64,000 nt of DNA from sequence record SRR20825019_488; one strand, written 5' to 3'. Below the pieces are notes generated by a model. That model did no database searches. It worked only from the letters and a program-made list of their open reading frames with translations, and was not told the DNA's origin. Within the stretch, counting starts at the first letter, position 1. Every line of letters begins with the position of its first letter. Shown one piece after another: positions 12,148 to 23,570 of the stretch. The position numbers and the translations under genes were made by a program.

Positions 12148-13296
12148 CTACCGCACTGAACGGAGACGGGTTACAACGTCAACGATTTGCGCCGCTGCGA
12201 AGTCTGCCTCCTCTTCCGTCGAAAAGCGTCCAAAGGAAAACCGGAGAGCTCGATGCGCCTGCTCATCATCCAGCCCAATGCCCTTGAGTACAAACGAAGG
12301 CTCAATAGTGGCCGAAGAACAGGCCGAACCAGACGAAACCGCCAATTCACGCAATCCCAGCATCAGGGATTCCGCATCGACACCGGCAAACGAGAGGTTG
12401 ATGATACCCGGCACCCGATGTTCGGCACTGCCGTTAAGCGTCACGCCCTCAAGACCTTCAAGGCCCGACATGAAACGCTTCCGCAGGGATTCCAGCCGCG
12501 TCTTCTCCTGCTCGAGTTTTTCGCCGGCCAGATCAAAGGCTTTGCCCATGCCGACGATTTGGTGCGTAGGTAGTGTGCCGGAACGCATGCCCCGCTCATG
12601 ACCACCGCCATGAATCTGCGATTCAATTCGCACGTCCGGAGAACGCCGCACATAGAGGGCGCCAATACCCTTGGGCCCGTATACCTTGTGCCCCGACAAG
12701 GACAACAGATCCACTGGCATGGCTCCCACATCCACCTCGGTCTTGCCAGCCGCCTGCGCCGCGTCCACATGAAACAGCACACCGCGTTCGCGAAGCATGG
12801 TACCGATGGCGGCGATATCCGTTTGGCTACCCAGTTCATTGTTGACCATCATCAGGCTGACCAAAGCGGTATTGTCCCGGAGCGCATCTTCAACCTGTTG
12901 ACAGGACACCCGCCCGTCCGCGCCCGGTTTCAGCCAGGTCACCTCAACACCCTGCCCTTCAAGCCACTTGCAGGTATCAAGCACCGCCTTGTGTTCAATC
13001 ATCGATGTCACAATGTGCGGATTGTTCTTGCCTGTAACAGCACCCTTGATGGCGAGGTTGTCGGACTCGGTAGCGCCGGACGTCCACACAATCTCACGTG
13101 GGTCTGCATGGATCAGACTGGCCACCTGACGGCGAGCACCTTCAACGGCGGCTTCGGCCTGCCAGCCAAAGCCATGGGAGCGTGAGGCAGGGTTGCCAAA
13201 CACACCATCAGGCGTCAGGTATTTGACCATTTCTTCGGCAACGGCAGGGTCTACGGGCGTGGTGGCCGCATAATCCAGATAGACGGGCTTTTTCAT
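12148..13296 (-). CDS. iscS: Cysteine desulfurase IscS (short C-terminus)
   Basis: [19 protein letters not shown] (PLP lysine), SSGSACS catalytic loop. Confidence 0.95.
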   Translation of the reverse strand: MKKPVYLDYAATTPVDPAVAEEMVKYLTPDGVFGNPASRSHGFGWQAEAAVEGARRQVASLIHADPREIVWTSGATESDNLAIKGAVTGKNNPHIVTSMIEHKAVLDTCKWLEGQGVEVTWLKPGADGRVSCQQVEDALRDNTALVSLMMVNNELGSQTDIAAIGTMLRERGVLFHVDAAQAAGKTEVDVGAMPVDLLSLSGHKVYGPKGIGALYVRRSPDVRIESQIHGGGHERGMRSGTLPTHQIVGMGKAFDLAGEKLEQEKTRLESLRKRFMSGLEGLEGVTLNGSAEHRVPGIINLSFAGVDAESLMLGLRELAVSSGSACSSATIEPSFVLKGIGLDDEQAHRALRFSFGRFSTEEEADFAAAQIVDVVTRLRSVR

Positions 13297-13316
13297 AGAA
13301 GTTTCAGGATAGTCGT

Positions 13317-13814
13317 TCAGGCCGGCGCCTGATCCGTAAGGCGCTCGGTGTTAATCGTCTGTGAGTCGCCGTCTGAATGGCGCCTGTTCTGCCGATCGGC
13401 AACCACCTGAATCTCCCGTTTGCGCATCAGGTCCCCAAGACTGATATCACTGAGGAACTGATGAATCTGATCACTGAGATCAGACCACAGGTGGTGGGTC
13501 AGGCATTTCTCGCCATTCTGGCAATCACCCTTGTTGCCGCAACGGGTGGTATCCAGGGATTCGCTGACCGCGTCGACAACTTCCGCAATAAAGACGGAGT
13601 CTGCCTCACGGCTCAGGCGATAACCACCGCCAGGGCCCCGGATACTCGTCACCAGTTTGTGACGGCGAAGGCGGGAAAATAACTGCTCGAGATACGAGAG
13701 GGAAATCTCCTGCCGGGCAGATATGTCAGCCAGACTCACCGGCCCCTGATCCCCATGAAGGGCGAGATCCAGCATTGCCGTCACCGCATAGCGGCCTTTG
13801 GTGGTCAGTCTCAT
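13317..13814 (-). CDS. iscR: Fe-S cluster regulator IscR
   Basis: [11 protein letters not shown] start, GPGGGY, C-x5-C-x5-C-x2-H ligands. Confidence 0.97.
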   Translation of the reverse strand: MRLTTKGRYAVTAMLDLALHGDQGPVSLADISARQEISLSYLEQLFSRLRRHKLVTSIRGPGGGYRLSREADSVFIAEVVDAVSESLDTTRCGNKGDCQNGEKCLTHHLWSDLSDQIHQFLSDISLGDLMRKREIQVVADRQNRRHSDGDSQTINTERLTDQAPA

Positions 13815-13858
13815 AACGTCAGCCCCGGTCAGGGATTGATTCGGCTTTAACAACGCCG

Positions 13859-13891
13859 AGTATGAATTGACCTACCAAAACAGTCAAGTAT
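13859..13891 (-). promoter_or_regulatory. Sigma70 promoter of iscR overlapped by a type-1 IscR-like site
   Basis: Minus strand ATACTTGACT-GTTTTGGTAGGTCAATT-CATACT gives TTGACT-17bp-CATACT; the ATACTTGACT half matches the IscR type-1 motif. Confidence 0.75.
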
Positions 13892-14665
13892 TCACCGTTG
13901 CGACGGCTCGTCGTCCCGCACGCAGTCAAAATCCTCCTCCTGCAGCGGCGGCAACTCGCCGTTCTGGTATTCACTGTTCACCTTGCGAAGCGCTTTGCAC
14001 ATATTCTCAATGCGGTCATCCACAGCATGCATATGATCCAGCAGGCTGCGCATGGCCCGGGCTACCGGGTCCGGCATTTCCTCGGTCACACCATAGGCAT
14101 CGAAGCCCATGCGTTCTTCCATTTCCTTGCGCCGGGCGTCATCTTCCCCTTTGCGCTTCACCACAACCCGACCAGGAATACCGACAACCGTCGCGCCAGG
14201 CGGAACCTCTTTGGTCACCACGGAGTTGGAGCCAATCTTGGCGCCCTCGCCCACCGTAAACGGCCCGAGGATCTTGGCACCGGCACCCACCACAACACCG
14301 TCACCCAGCGTCGGATGGCGCTTACCCTTGTTCCAACTGGTCCCTCCCAGGGTAACGCCCTGATAAAGCGTGACGTCGTCACCGATCACCGTGGTCTCAC
14401 CAATGACAACACCCATGCCGTGATCGATAAAGAAACGCCGCCCGATCGTGGCACCTGGATGAATTTCGATGCCAGTCAGCCAACGGGCGATCGAAGAAAA
14501 CGTTCGTGCAATCCACTTCAGGCCAAGACCCCAAAGCCAATGGGAGAACCGGTGGCACAGGAGCGCGTGCAAACCCGGGTAATTGGTCAGCACTTCGAAA
14601 GTATTGCGAGCGGCGGGATCACGATGAAACACGCTGTTCACATCTTCCCTTAGACGTTCAAACAT
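13892..14665 (-). CDS. cysE: Serine O-acetyltransferase
   Basis: [34 protein letters not shown]; start at MFERL. Confidence 0.96.
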   Translation of the reverse strand: MFERLREDVNSVFHRDPAARNTFEVLTNYPGLHALLCHRFSHWLWGLGLKWIARTFSSIARWLTGIEIHPGATIGRRFFIDHGMGVVIGETTVIGDDVTLYQGVTLGGTSWNKGKRHPTLGDGVVVGAGAKILGPFTVGEGAKIGSNSVVTKEVPPGATVVGIPGRVVVKRKGEDDARRKEMEERMGFDAYGVTEEMPDPVARAMRSLLDHMHAVDDRIENMCKALRKVNSEYQNGELPPLQEEDFDCVRDDEPSQR

Positions 14666-14669
14666 AACC

Positions 14670-15524
14670 CTATTCCTGTTCACCGGCCGTTGAACCAGCC
14701 TTTGACGTATTTTTTGCGGTATCCGCAGCACCAGCCGATTTCTGTACGGCAGTCAGTATTCCCCGAAGAATATTGATCTCCATCTGATCCAGCCCGGCAC
14801 GCTGGAACAGCCGCCGCAGCCGCGTCATCAACTGACGGGGATTGTCCCGGCGGTGAAAGTCGACATCCACAAGCACCTGTTCAAGATGACTGAAAAAACC
14901 CTCAACATCGCGGACAGGCGCGGGCGGCACATCCCAACCTTCATCGCCGGGCACCATCATAGGCTTGAGATATGGGCTGCCGTCGCCACCTTCAAGGCCT
15001 TTTAGATAATGCATACGCAATTCATAGCACATTACCTGAACCGCCATGGCCAGATTCAGGGAACTGTAATCGGGATTTGACGGGATATGAATGTGGAAAT
15101 GACAACGCTGCAACTCTTCATTGCTCAGCCCATGGTTCTCACGCCCAAAGACCAGCGCCACCTGCCCCGCTTCTGACTGCTGCGAAGCCTTGGCCGCTGC
15201 GTCTGGTGGAGCGATAACCGGCCAGGGGACCTTTCGCCCTCTCGCGCTGGTACCCATAACGCACACACAATCGGCAATGGCTTCGTCCAGAGTCGCAACA
15301 ACCGTGGCCTTGTCGAGAATATCGGAAGCGCCCGCTGCACGGGCGTAGGAGGCCTCATCGGGAAAAGACACAGGATTTACCAGCCACAGGTTTCCCAGCC
15401 CCATGTTTTTCATGGCCCTGGCGACCGCACCGATGTTACCGGAATGGGACGTCTCAACCAGGACAATCCGGATCTGGTCGTTGTAGGTGTCAGGGCCCTC
15501 CAGGGGCTTAGCTGGCTTGTGCAT
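14670..15524 (-). CDS. trmJ: tRNA (C32/U32-2'-O)-methyltransferase TrmJ
   Basis: [34 protein letters not shown] motifs; synteny with suhB and cysE. Confidence 0.94.
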   Translation of the reverse strand: MHKPAKPLEGPDTYNDQIRIVLVETSHSGNIGAVARAMKNMGLGNLWLVNPVSFPDEASYARAAGASDILDKATVVATLDEAIADCVCVMGTSARGRKVPWPVIAPPDAAAKASQQSEAGQVALVFGRENHGLSNEELQRCHFHIHIPSNPDYSSLNLAMAVQVMCYELRMHYLKGLEGGDGSPYLKPMMVPGDEGWDVPPAPVRDVEGFFSHLEQVLVDVDFHRRDNPRQLMTRLRRLFQRAGLDQMEINILRGILTAVQKSAGAADTAKNTSKAGSTAGEQE

Positions 15525-15708
15525 GGCGGTAGAATCTCTGTAAAAACTGGAAAGGTGCGCATGATAGCAGATCTACCCCCTTCCCCGCCTCTCCGGACAT
15601 GCCCTGATACAGCGCCATCCGTGACACTGCGGAGTGGAAAAACATACAAGGCGGGTCAGTTTTTGATATGCTATGCGGCCTTCACACACCCGGATAATGA
15701 ACACTCAG

Positions 15709-16506
15709 ATGCAACCAGCAATCAAAATGGCCCTGCGCGTCGCGCGTCAGGGGTCCGACTATCTGAAAGCACACTTCGAACGCCAGGAACCCAACGGCGA
15801 CAGCGAAGACCGCCGCAAGCAACTGGAGCGGGTCGAACAGTCCATTTACGACAATTTTTCCGAACAGCTCGACAAAGCCTACAAGGACCACGCCATCGCT
15901 CCTTTGAATGAGGCGGACGCCGACGGTAACGACAAGAGCTGGCACATTTTCCCGGTACTCGGACGTGAGAATTTTTTGCGCGGCATTCCTGACTTCGCCG
16001 TTGCGTTGCTGCAAAAGAAAAACAACCGCACCGAGAACCTGCTGCTGATCAATCCGGTCACCGGTGAGGAATACTCTGCCAGTCGCGGCCACGGTGCTGC
16101 ACTAAACAGTCGGCGGGTGCGTACCAGCGACGTCAAGCATGCCGACCGTGCAGCCGTGGTCAGCAATCTTCTCGACCAGACCCGCTCTTCTGACGACCCA
16201 CTGATGTGGGGCGAGATGGCATCCTTGCTGGCCCGTGACAGCAGCATGTTCCGAACCGCAGGTTGCGTGGCCCTTGATATCGCCCGGGTTGCTTCCGGCC
16301 ATCTGGACGCCGCTGTCATTTTCCGTCCTGAGCCGGCTGACCTGGCCATCGGCGTCACGCTGGCACTGGAGTCCGGCGCTCTGACCGGCGATTTCTCCGG
16401 CAACCCCTCAACGGAGAAAGCAAAGCAGTTGATCGTCGCAAACCCCAAGCTGTTCCGTGAAGTACTCAAGACACTTCACCCGTTCCGGGGCCGACTGCCT
16501 CGCTAG
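15709..16506 (+). CDS. suhB: SuhB-family inositol monophosphatase-fold protein, catalytic motifs degenerate
   Basis: Divergent from trmJ as suhB usually is; ASRGHGAALN, RTAGCVALDIARVASG and ESGALTGDFSG are colinear with SuhB; DPLDGT is replaced by FPVLGR. Confidence 0.85.
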   Translation: MQPAIKMALRVARQGSDYLKAHFERQEPNGDSEDRRKQLERVEQSIYDNFSEQLDKAYKDHAIAPLNEADADGNDKSWHIFPVLGRENFLRGIPDFAVALLQKKNNRTENLLLINPVTGEEYSASRGHGAALNSRRVRTSDVKHADRAAVVSNLLDQTRSSDDPLMWGEMASLLARDSSMFRTAGCVALDIARVASGHLDAAVIFRPEPADLAIGVTLALESGALTGDFSGNPSTEKAKQLIVANPKLFREVLKTLHPFRGRLPR

Positions 16507-16529
16507 GCATAAAGGCCAACGGCCAGGCA

Positions 16530-16569
16530 TAAAAAAAGCCGCAACCCCATTTGGTGTTGCGGCTTTTTT
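16530..16569. terminator. Bidirectional intrinsic terminator between suhB and secF
   Basis: AAAAAAAGCCGCAAC-loop-GTTGCGGCTTTTTT. Confidence 0.9.
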
Positions 16570-16582
16570 GTGGCTGACCGAC

Positions 16583-17539
16583 TTACATCCGGTTCAACCA
16601 CTCGGGCGGCTGCTCTTCTTCCTCTTCCTGCCCAGCAAGACCTTCCTTCGGCGGAACGATCAGGTCCTCCCGTGCCACACCCAGGGCAACCAGCAGGTTT
16701 GCTGACACATAGATGGATGAGTAGGTACCCACCACCACACCGATGATGAGAGCCAGTGCAAAGTTGTTGATCGCTTCACCACCAAGGAAGTACAGGGCGA
16801 ACAGCACCACCAATGTCGTACCAGACGTGTTGATGGTCCGGCTGATGGTCTGGTGAATGGACTCGTTGATGATGTGCTCGGAGCCCCCTTCACGCATCTT
16901 GCGGAAATTCTCGCGAATCCGGTCCGCCACCACGATGGTATCGTTAAGGGAATAACCGATAACCGCAAGCAACGCTGCAAGCACACTGAGGTCGAACGTC
17001 CACTGGAACAGGGCAAACACACCCAGAACAATGATGACGTCGTGGGCCAGTGGCACAACAGAGGCAATACCGAACTTGAACTGGAACCGCATACCGACGT
17101 AAATCAGCACAACTGCCAGCGCGATGAGCATTCCCAGACCACTGTCTTCCTTCAGCTCGTCGCCAACCTGGGAGCCGACAAATTCGGAGCTCACCAGTTC
17201 AAGCTCATTACCACCAGCCGACAACGCAGCCGTGACTTCAGCGGCCAACTTGTCGTTCTCGGACTCCGCCATCCGCACCAGCACTGTGGTGTCCGAACCA
17301 AAGTTCTGGACCACAAACTGCTCATATCCTGCACCCTCCAACGTCTGGCGAACATTGTCCAGAGCGGGCGCCTGCTGGTATTCCAGCTCAACGGAGGTAC
17401 CACCGGTAAAGTCCAGCCCGAGGTTCAGGCCGCGCACTGCCAGCAACGCAATGGAAGCAACAATCAGCGCAATGGACACAACGGAAGCAATCTTCCGAAA
17501 GCCCATAAAATCGATAGGTTTCTTCTCAACTTCAGACAT
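16583..17539 (-). CDS. secF: Protein translocase subunit SecF
   Basis: GLDFTGG, IGYSLNDTIVV, RIREN; start at MSEVEK. Confidence 0.97.
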   Translation of the reverse strand: MSEVEKKPIDFMGFRKIASVVSIALIVASIALLAVRGLNLGLDFTGGTSVELEYQQAPALDNVRQTLEGAGYEQFVVQNFGSDTTVLVRMAESENDKLAAEVTAALSAGGNELELVSSEFVGSQVGDELKEDSGLGMLIALAVVLIYVGMRFQFKFGIASVVPLAHDVIIVLGVFALFQWTFDLSVLAALLAVIGYSLNDTIVVADRIRENFRKMREGGSEHIINESIHQTISRTINTSGTTLVVLFALYFLGGEAINNFALALIIGVVVGTYSSIYVSANLLVALGVAREDLIVPPKEGLAGQEEEEEQPPEWLNRM

Positions 17540-19406
17540 TGGCCAGTTTCCCCCCAATCGACAGCTTTTCAACCTGTCGACCGCCGTATACAAGATTTAC
17601 GATGCTGCGACTGACCATCAGCCCGGAGAACATCGACGTAAGAATACCGATCGACAGTGTCACCGCGAACCCTTTCACCGGGCCGGACCCCATGGCGAAC
17701 AGGATCACCGCCACCAACAGGGTGGTGATATTGGCATCAAAAATCGAAACGAAGGCCCGGGAATAACCGGAGTTTATCGCCGACTGCGGCGGTATGCCCG
17801 ATTTCAACTCTTCCTTTATACGCTCGAAGATAAGCACGTTGGCGTCAACCGCCATACCCACCGTCAGCACGATACCGGCAATACCCGGCAGCGTCAGGGT
17901 TGCTGAGAGAATCGACATGCAGGCGATCAGCAGCATCAGGTTAAGCGTCAACGCAATGTTGGCGATCACACCAAAGCCACGGTAGTACACCACCATGTAG
18001 CAGAGAACCAACACAAAGCCGAGCAGGACCGACATCATGCCGGCATCAATGTTCTTCTGCCCAAGGCTGGGACCAATCGTCCGCTCTTGAACAAAGTACA
18101 TTGGCGCAGCCAACGAACCGGCTCGCAGCAGCAATGCCAACTCCGCCGCTTCCGGGATGGAATCCAGCCCGGTAATCCGGAAACTGCTTCCCAGCGCAGA
18201 CTGGATCGTCGCCAGGCTGATGATGCCCTTTTCGACAACGCGGTTGTCGACCGTGCGGGTTTCACCATCCACAACCACTTCTTCCGTCTCTGTCCGGTAT
18301 TCGATAAACAGGACCGCCATGCGACGCCCAATGGCGTTGCGGGTTGCACGGTTCATCAGATCGCCGCCCACGGAGTCCATGGTGATGTTGACCTGTGGCT
18401 GGCCGTTCTCGTCGAAGGCCTGCTGTGCGTTAGAGACATTGTCACCGGTGACGATCACTTCACGCTCAAGACGGGCTTCACGGTTAGGGTTGTCACGGAA
18501 CGGGAACGTCTCGATATCAGCTGATGACGCATCCTGGCGGGCCTCAAGACGGAACTCCAGATTGGCCGTAGCACCCAGTACACGCTTTGCCGCAGCGGTA
18601 TCCTGCACACCAGGCAATTCCACAATGATGCGGTCCGCACCCTGGCGCTGCACCAGAGGCTCCGCCACGCCAAGTTCGTTGACCCGGTTACGGATGGTGG
18701 TCAGGTTCTGCTCCAGTGCGTAGTCCTGTATGGACTTCACTTCGGCTTCCGACATAGACAGCACCAGCAGGTACTCACCTTCCTCTGTCTGCTCATCGAG
18801 CAGGAACTGGTTATACTGGTCACGGATCAGGTCAAATGCTTCGCTGCGGGAACTTTCGTCGCGGAAGCTCAGAACAATGGAACGGTTGCCTTCCACATCG
18901 CCACCGCGGTAGCGCACACGCTCTTCACGCAATTCGCGCTTGATCTGACCAGACATGGCTTCGAGGCGCTGGTCGACGGCGGTTTCCATATCCACTTCCA
19001 ACAGGAAGTGAACACCACCACGCAGGTCGAGGCCGAGCTTCATCGGGCCCGCACCCAGGCTTTCCAGCCATCCCGGTGTTGACGGCGCCATATTCAGGGC
19101 TACCAGATAATCCCTTCCAAGCGCCTCTTGCACTACCGGCCGAGCCCTCAGCTGGGATTCGGCGTCGTTCAGGCGAATCAGGGCGTCGCGCTCCTGCAAC
19201 TCGGATTCCTTGACCTGGATCCCCTTGGCTTCGAGTGCATCAACAGCCCTGTCGAGAATCCGCTGATCGACTTCGGTACTGCTCCGGGCACCGGTGATCT
19301 GTACGGCAAAGTCGTCAGGAAAGACGTTAGGCAAGGCATAGACGAACCCGATCACCAGCGCGATCACGATAACCAGGTTTTTCCAGAGCGGATACTTGTT
19401 CAGCAT
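17532..19406 (-). CDS. secD: Protein translocase subunit SecD
   Basis: LGLDLRGGVH, RVNELGVAEP, GMAVDANVLIFERI. Confidence 0.98.
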   Translation of the reverse strand: MLNKYPLWKNLVIVIALVIGFVYALPNVFPDDFAVQITGARSSTEVDQRILDRAVDALEAKGIQVKESELQERDALIRLNDAESQLRARPVVQEALGRDYLVALNMAPSTPGWLESLGAGPMKLGLDLRGGVHFLLEVDMETAVDQRLEAMSGQIKRELREERVRYRGGDVEGNRSIVLSFRDESSRSEAFDLIRDQYNQFLLDEQTEEGEYLLVLSMSEAEVKSIQDYALEQNLTTIRNRVNELGVAEPLVQRQGADRIIVELPGVQDTAAAKRVLGATANLEFRLEARQDASSADIETFPFRDNPNREARLEREVIVTGDNVSNAQQAFDENGQPQVNITMDSVGGDLMNRATRNAIGRRMAVLFIEYRTETEEVVVDGETRTVDNRVVEKGIISLATIQSALGSSFRITGLDSIPEAAELALLLRAGSLAAPMYFVQERTIGPSLGQKNIDAGMMSVLLGFVLVLCYMVVYYRGFGVIANIALTLNLMLLIACMSILSATLTLPGIAGIVLTVGMAVDANVLIFERIKEELKSGIPPQSAINSGYSRAFVSIFDANITTLLVAVILFAMGSGPVKGFAVTLSIGILTSMFSGLMVSRSIVNLVYGGRQVEKLSIGGKLANV

Positions 19407-19486
19407 GGGGTCCCTTTAAGCCGGCCAGTCGGCCGGCTGTGATGTTTCAGCTTGGCAAATTCAGACCTGAGTCGAAAACCGGTCGA

Positions 19487-19849
19487 TCAGATGTCCTTCA
19501 GAGTTCCTTTCGGAAGTGCCGCTGCAACAGCAACTTTCTGAACCTTGATCTCAACGTTGTCAGCGATTTCAACCACGATAAAGTCATCGGAAACCTTGGT
19601 GATCTTGCCGGCCACACCGCCGGAGGTAACCACTTCATCGCCTTTGTTCAGGCCAGCCATCAGCGCCTTGTGCTCTTTCGCACGCTTGGACTGGGGACGC
19701 CAGATCAGGAAATAGAAAATCAGGATAAAGCCGGCAAAGAAGATCACCTGCCCCATCACTCCCATACCCTGGGCACCCGCATCCTGTGCCATGGCCAGTG
19801 CCGGCATCGCAGCAAAGAGTGCAGCAACAAGTAACTTGATTGATTTCAT
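19487..19849 (-). CDS. yajC: Preprotein translocase subunit YajC
   Basis: FYFLIWRPQ, KGDEVVTSGG. Confidence 0.97.
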   Translation of the reverse strand: MKSIKLLVAALFAAMPALAMAQDAGAQGMGVMGQVIFFAGFILIFYFLIWRPQSKRAKEHKALMAGLNKGDEVVTSGGVAGKITKVSDDFIVVEIADNVEIKVQKVAVAAALPKGTLKDI

Positions 19850-19909
19850 TGACTATCTCCGTTTTTAAGAAAAGTTCAGGTAGCGGTTCAGAATCGGCTT
19901 ATCCCGCGG

Positions 19910-22133
<2,224 letters not shown>

Positions 22134-22171
22134 TGGATGGACTGTTTACACCGCACTGTGCGGATCGTAAA

Positions 22172-22258
22172 TGGTAGCGGCGGGCGGACTCGAACCGCCA
22201 CGGGTTTTACCCCAACGGATTTTGAATCCGTCGTGTCTACCAATTTCACCACGCCGCC
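22172..22258 (-). tRNA. tRNA-Leu (anticodon CAA)
   Basis: Minus strand GGCGGCGTGGTGAAATTGGTAGACACGACGGATTCAAAATCCGT...GGTTCGAGTCCGCCCGCCGCTACCA folds as a cloverleaf with long variable arm and encoded CCA. Confidence 0.97.
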
Positions 22259-22275
22259 ATCGGAGAGTGCTGGGG

Positions 22276-22303
22276 ATTATACTGAGGTTGAATCTGAAAG
22301 CAA
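22276..22303 (-). promoter_or_regulatory. Stable-RNA-type sigma70 promoter for tRNA-Leu (and possibly queA-tgt)
   Basis: TTGCTT-16bp-TATAAT followed by the C-rich discriminator CCCCAGC. Confidence 0.7.
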
Positions 22304-22339
22304 TAACAAGTGCCGGACTTCCTTGTTCCGGCAGGCTTT

Positions 22340-23551
22340 TTACAAGCGATCGAACAACGACAGCTGAGAGACCTGGGCAAATGATTGCTGTGCAGCCTGC
22401 AGCACGAAGCTCTGGAAGCTCAGGTTGCTGATAGCTTCGGCGTAGTCCACGTCACGCAGTTGCGAACGAATGTCCTCACTGTACACAGACGAGTCTTCCA
22501 GGAACGATTTGGTAGAGTCCACGGCGTTCAGGCGCCCGCCGATTTCCGTTTGCTTCTGCACAATGCTTTCCTGGGCATTGTCCAGATTCTGCAAAGACGC
22601 TGCGATCAGGTCGTCATAGGCCGCCTGCCCGGCCGGCGAACCTTTGTCGATGTTATCGAGGCCGTCAATCAGGTTTTCGATGGTAGCAAACACCGACTGC
22701 CTCTCCCCCGCGCGAAGGGTGAACTCATCGCCATCGCCCGCATCGGTAATCGTCGCCTGCACACCGGCAACTTCGAAGGACTCACCACTGGTATACGCCG
22801 CTGGAGTCACAGTCAGGGGATCGCCGGTGCGGCTATTCACAGCACTGACCGTTCCCGCAACGGTATCAACGGTAATGGTGATATCGTCCGGTGAAACCGC
22901 CGACAGTGCGCCATCATTGATCACCTGAATACCATCGATTCGAGCGGCGGCCGCATTGCCAGGGTCACTCTCGGCAAACACTGCTGCGGGAACCGAAGAG
23001 TAGATGCCTTTACCATGATCGCTGATAGGCACCGTTACGCCATCGTCGATCTCCAGCACCCGCTGACCCTCATCACCTTGGTACACCCAACTGCCGGATG
23101 CGTCTTTCCCAAAAGCCGCGGTGGAACCCTGAAAGCCACTGAAAATGTACTCGCCGGACGCATCACGGGTATTGGCGATGTTGGCCAGCTGCCCGATGCG
23201 CTCTTTCATTTCCGAGGAGATGGATTTGCGATCATTTGGTGACAGCGAGCCGTTACCAGCCTGGACGGTCAGCTCCCGTATCCGCTGGATAACATCCACC
23301 GAACTGGCCAACGCGCTTTCCTCCTGCTGCAACCGGTTTTCTGCGAGCCCAGCGTTGCGCTGATAGGTCTCGATCCGGGACAGCTCCTGATCAAGCTTCA
23401 GGATACGCGCCGCCGCAACCGGGTCGTCTGACGGTTTATTGACCCGCTTGCCCGTCGAAATCTGCTCCTGGGTCTGGTTCAGGCTGCTATTCAGTTCCTG
23501 CAGCCGGTTTATACCGCCGGAGAATATCTGTTGTGATGAAATTCTGATCAT
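22340..23551 (-). CDS. flgL: Flagellar hook-associated protein 3
   Basis: STGKRVNKPSDDP, flagellin-like termini, SLFDRL end. Confidence 0.96.
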   Translation of the reverse strand: MIRISSQQIFSGGINRLQELNSSLNQTQEQISTGKRVNKPSDDPVAAARILKLDQELSRIETYQRNAGLAENRLQQEESALASSVDVIQRIRELTVQAGNGSLSPNDRKSISSEMKERIGQLANIANTRDASGEYIFSGFQGSTAAFGKDASGSWVYQGDEGQRVLEIDDGVTVPISDHGKGIYSSVPAAVFAESDPGNAAAARIDGIQVINDGALSAVSPDDITITVDTVAGTVSAVNSRTGDPLTVTPAAYTSGESFEVAGVQATITDAGDGDEFTLRAGERQSVFATIENLIDGLDNIDKGSPAGQAAYDDLIAASLQNLDNAQESIVQKQTEIGGRLNAVDSTKSFLEDSSVYSEDIRSQLRDVDYAEAISNLSFQSFVLQAAQQSFAQVSQLSLFDRL

Positions 23552-23570
23552 GTCACATCACCTCGCACTG

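Noticed and set aside
22172-22340. tRNA-Leu as attachment site for the flagellar block, and its G1:U72 pair as unusual
   Set aside because: No integrase or repeated tRNA 3' end was seen, and G1:U72 occurs in ordinary bacterial tRNA-Leu species.
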